The notes beneath the pieces were generated by a model. It was not told where the DNA came from. It saw only the letters and a program-made list of their open reading frames with translations, and did not search any database. Of a stretch of DNA of 64,000 nucleotides, positions 62,393-64,000 are shown one piece after another. The position numbers and the translations under genes are program-made. The stretch is from Chloroflexota bacterium. Its GTDB lineage: Bacteria; Chloroflexota; Anaerolineae; CG2-30-64-16. The DNA is taken from the NCBI GenBank assembly GCA_016876015.1, contig VGOD01000005.1:2950-66949 (forward strand), written 5' to 3'. Each line of letters begins with the position of its first letter. Positions within the stretch are counted from its first letter, which is position 1.

Positions 62393-63740
62393 ATGACCGA
62401 TCAGAGCCTGTTCTGCCCCTACTGTGGGGCACAGCAATTCAAGACGGAGGCCCGGTTCTGCCATGTCTGTGGGCAGCCGATCCCACGACCACCGGTAGGG
62501 CAGACTGCCCCGCCTTCGCGAAGAGGGGGTCGGGGGGTGGGTTATTTGCTCTTGCCGCCCATCCTCGTCCTGCTGCTAGCCGCCGCAACCTTTGCCTGGC
62601 AGCGCGGGCTGTTGGGATTGTCCGCGCGCTCTGCGCGCGCGGACGCCTGCAGCGGTCTCTGGTGGGTCAGCCCGCGCGTTGACCACGCCAGGCCAGCCAG
62701 GCAGCACACGCGGTGCGGCATCACCGTCGGTCTCACCGATCGAACCAACGCAGGCCAGCCGTCCGACTCCGTTGCCGGAGACGCGATTGCCCGTTGCCAC
62801 CGCTGCCCCGCCGCCGAGCACGCAACCTCCCCCCGGTACGGCCACTTCGCCGCCGACAGCGACGCCACTTCCGACTTCAACGCCCACGGCGAAGGCGAGA
62901 CCGGCCACGCCTACCCCGATGGTAGGGAAAGTGATTTTCGGCAGCGATCGCAGCGGCTTTGCCCATGTCTTCACGGTGGATGGCAATGGCAACGGCCTGC
63001 GCGCCGTCACCGGCGGCAACGAGTACTTCTGGGATCCGGTCCTGAGCAACGATGGCGCGCAACTGGCGTTCACCTCGAAAGTAGGAGGCAACACGGAGAT
63101 CTTCGTCGCCTATCGCGATGGGGGGTCCCGTCGCGCCATCAGCAATCATCCGGCCGAAGATGATCATGCATCGTGGTTTCCCGGCAACACGGGTCTGGCG
63201 TTTGCCAGCCGTCGGGATGGCCCGTGGGAGATCTATCGCATGGCCGCGGATGGCTCGAACGTGCGGCGTCTGACCTTCAACGGCGGCGACAACCGCTTCG
63301 TAGTCGTGTCGCCCGATGGCAGCCGGATCGCCTATGTCGCCCAGGGTGGACCGCATCCCAACGTTCAACTCATGCTGATGAACGCCGACGGCAGCGATCC
63401 GCGTCCTCTATTGACCTACAACTCGCGCCGGCAGCGCGATGATCCAGGACGTTTCATTTATCGGCCCGACTGGTCGCCCGATGGCGCGCAACTTGCCTTC
63501 GGCGCGGACGACGACGATGATGGGCTGATCAGTGTACTGGTGATCGCCGTCGCGACCGGCCAGGCGCAGCGCCTGATCCAGGATGGCAACAGCCCTGCCT
63601 GGAGTCCTGATGGGCAGCGGCTGATCTACAAGCCGGCCGGCGACCGGCAAATCCTGTACGTCGCCGACATCAACGGCACCCCGCTCTACCAGTTGACCGG
63701 CTCCGACTACAACGCCTGGTCGCCGGACTGGGCGCGCTGA
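62393..63740 (+). pseudogene. Tandem paralog of 61023..62339, frameshifted between TM and linker
   Basis: MTDQSLFCPYCGAQQFKTEARFCHVCG plus TM are in the frame of 62393. The PT linker and PD40 repeats (SNDGAQLAFTSKVGGNTEIFVAY...) are in the frame of 62592..63740. The switch is near the GCGCGCGC tract 62621-62641. Confidence 0.6.
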
Positions 63741-63764
63741 GGAATTGACCGAAGGAGACACGTC

Positions 63765-64000
63765 ATGACAGCACCAAACGTTTGCCCCAAGTGCGGCGCG
63801 CCCGTGTCCGAAACGGGCAGCCGATTCTGCATGGCCTGCGGCACGCCGCTGACGCCGGCCGCGCCGTTGCCTCAGACGCCGCAAACGCCGGTTCCCGTTC
63901 CTGAGGCGGCGCAGCCCAGGCCCGATATCAGGCCGGTCAAGGCCCCCGTTGGCGACAAACGGCCGCCATCTCCCCCGCCGGTGGTCAAGCCGCGTACGGG
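63765..64000 (+). CDS. Zinc-ribbon protein with Pro-rich linker, 3' partial at window edge
   Basis: ATG 63765 MTAPNVCPKCGAPVSETGSRFCMACG. SD aaggag. The frame is open to nt 64000. Confidence 0.6.
   Translation, partial: MTAPNVCPKCGAPVSETGSRFCMACGTPLTPAAPLPQTPQTPVPVPEAAQPRPDIRPVKAPVGDKRPPSPPPVVKPRT

Overview
High-GC bacterial chromosomal window. I recognised no rRNA, tRNA or CRISPR array. All functional calls come from motif recognition by eye; no database search was possible.

- **0-9.3 kb:** the end of a type I R-M hsdR gene, an oligopeptide-type ABC importer (SBP plus two permeases, no ATPase gene in cis), then small toxin-antitoxin (TA) genes and decayed gene fragments.
- **9.4-25.8 kb (accessory island):** eight loci of one paralogous family of membrane-anchored, tail-fibre-like proteins, called TFL here.
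  - Each has a conserved leader, signal-anchor and ~125-aa stalk, followed by one of five unrelated C-terminal heads.
  - Several copies are truncated or carry a nonsense or frameshift lesion.
  - TFL 3' ends are followed by a CGAAG-rich repeat element.
  - The loci are interleaved with at least 10 mostly opposite-strand TA-like modules: RHH-like+HNH x2, TumE-like x2, MazF x2, PIN x2, DUF433, DUF3800. Several are driven by near-identical TTGACA-N17-TAGAGT promoters.
  - IS debris (IS4/IS701-like, IS1-like, IS982-like, ISL3-like fragments) marks the island.
- **27.5-33.5 kb (co-directional conflict-gene cluster):** a TIR-TM-Asp-box-propeller protein, a third RHH-like+HNH pair, and an EAD/NB-ARC/TPR STAND NTPase joined out of frame to a 5'-truncated clostripain-type (C11) peptidase.
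- **34.6-46.5 kb (mostly housekeeping):** hicBA, a class A PBP, surE, ilvE, a GT2, and a 1261-aa GH5-like/CBM protein. Gene ends here are remodelled by a structured MITE-like repeat family (hicA, PBP) and by a separate perfect palindrome (surE).
- **47-64 kb:** a ~17-kb co-directional cluster of 16 genes.
  - Nine are zinc-ribbon proteins; most tether the predicted-cytoplasmic ribbon through one TM helix, four of them to extracytoplasmic TolB-like or Asp-box beta-propellers.
  - The cluster surrounds a 918-aa HerA/VirB4-class ATPase whose 3' end is duplicated around an inserted two-gene cassette.

Many frameshifts sit at homopolymers or simple repeats, so assembly error must be excluded before calling gene decay.
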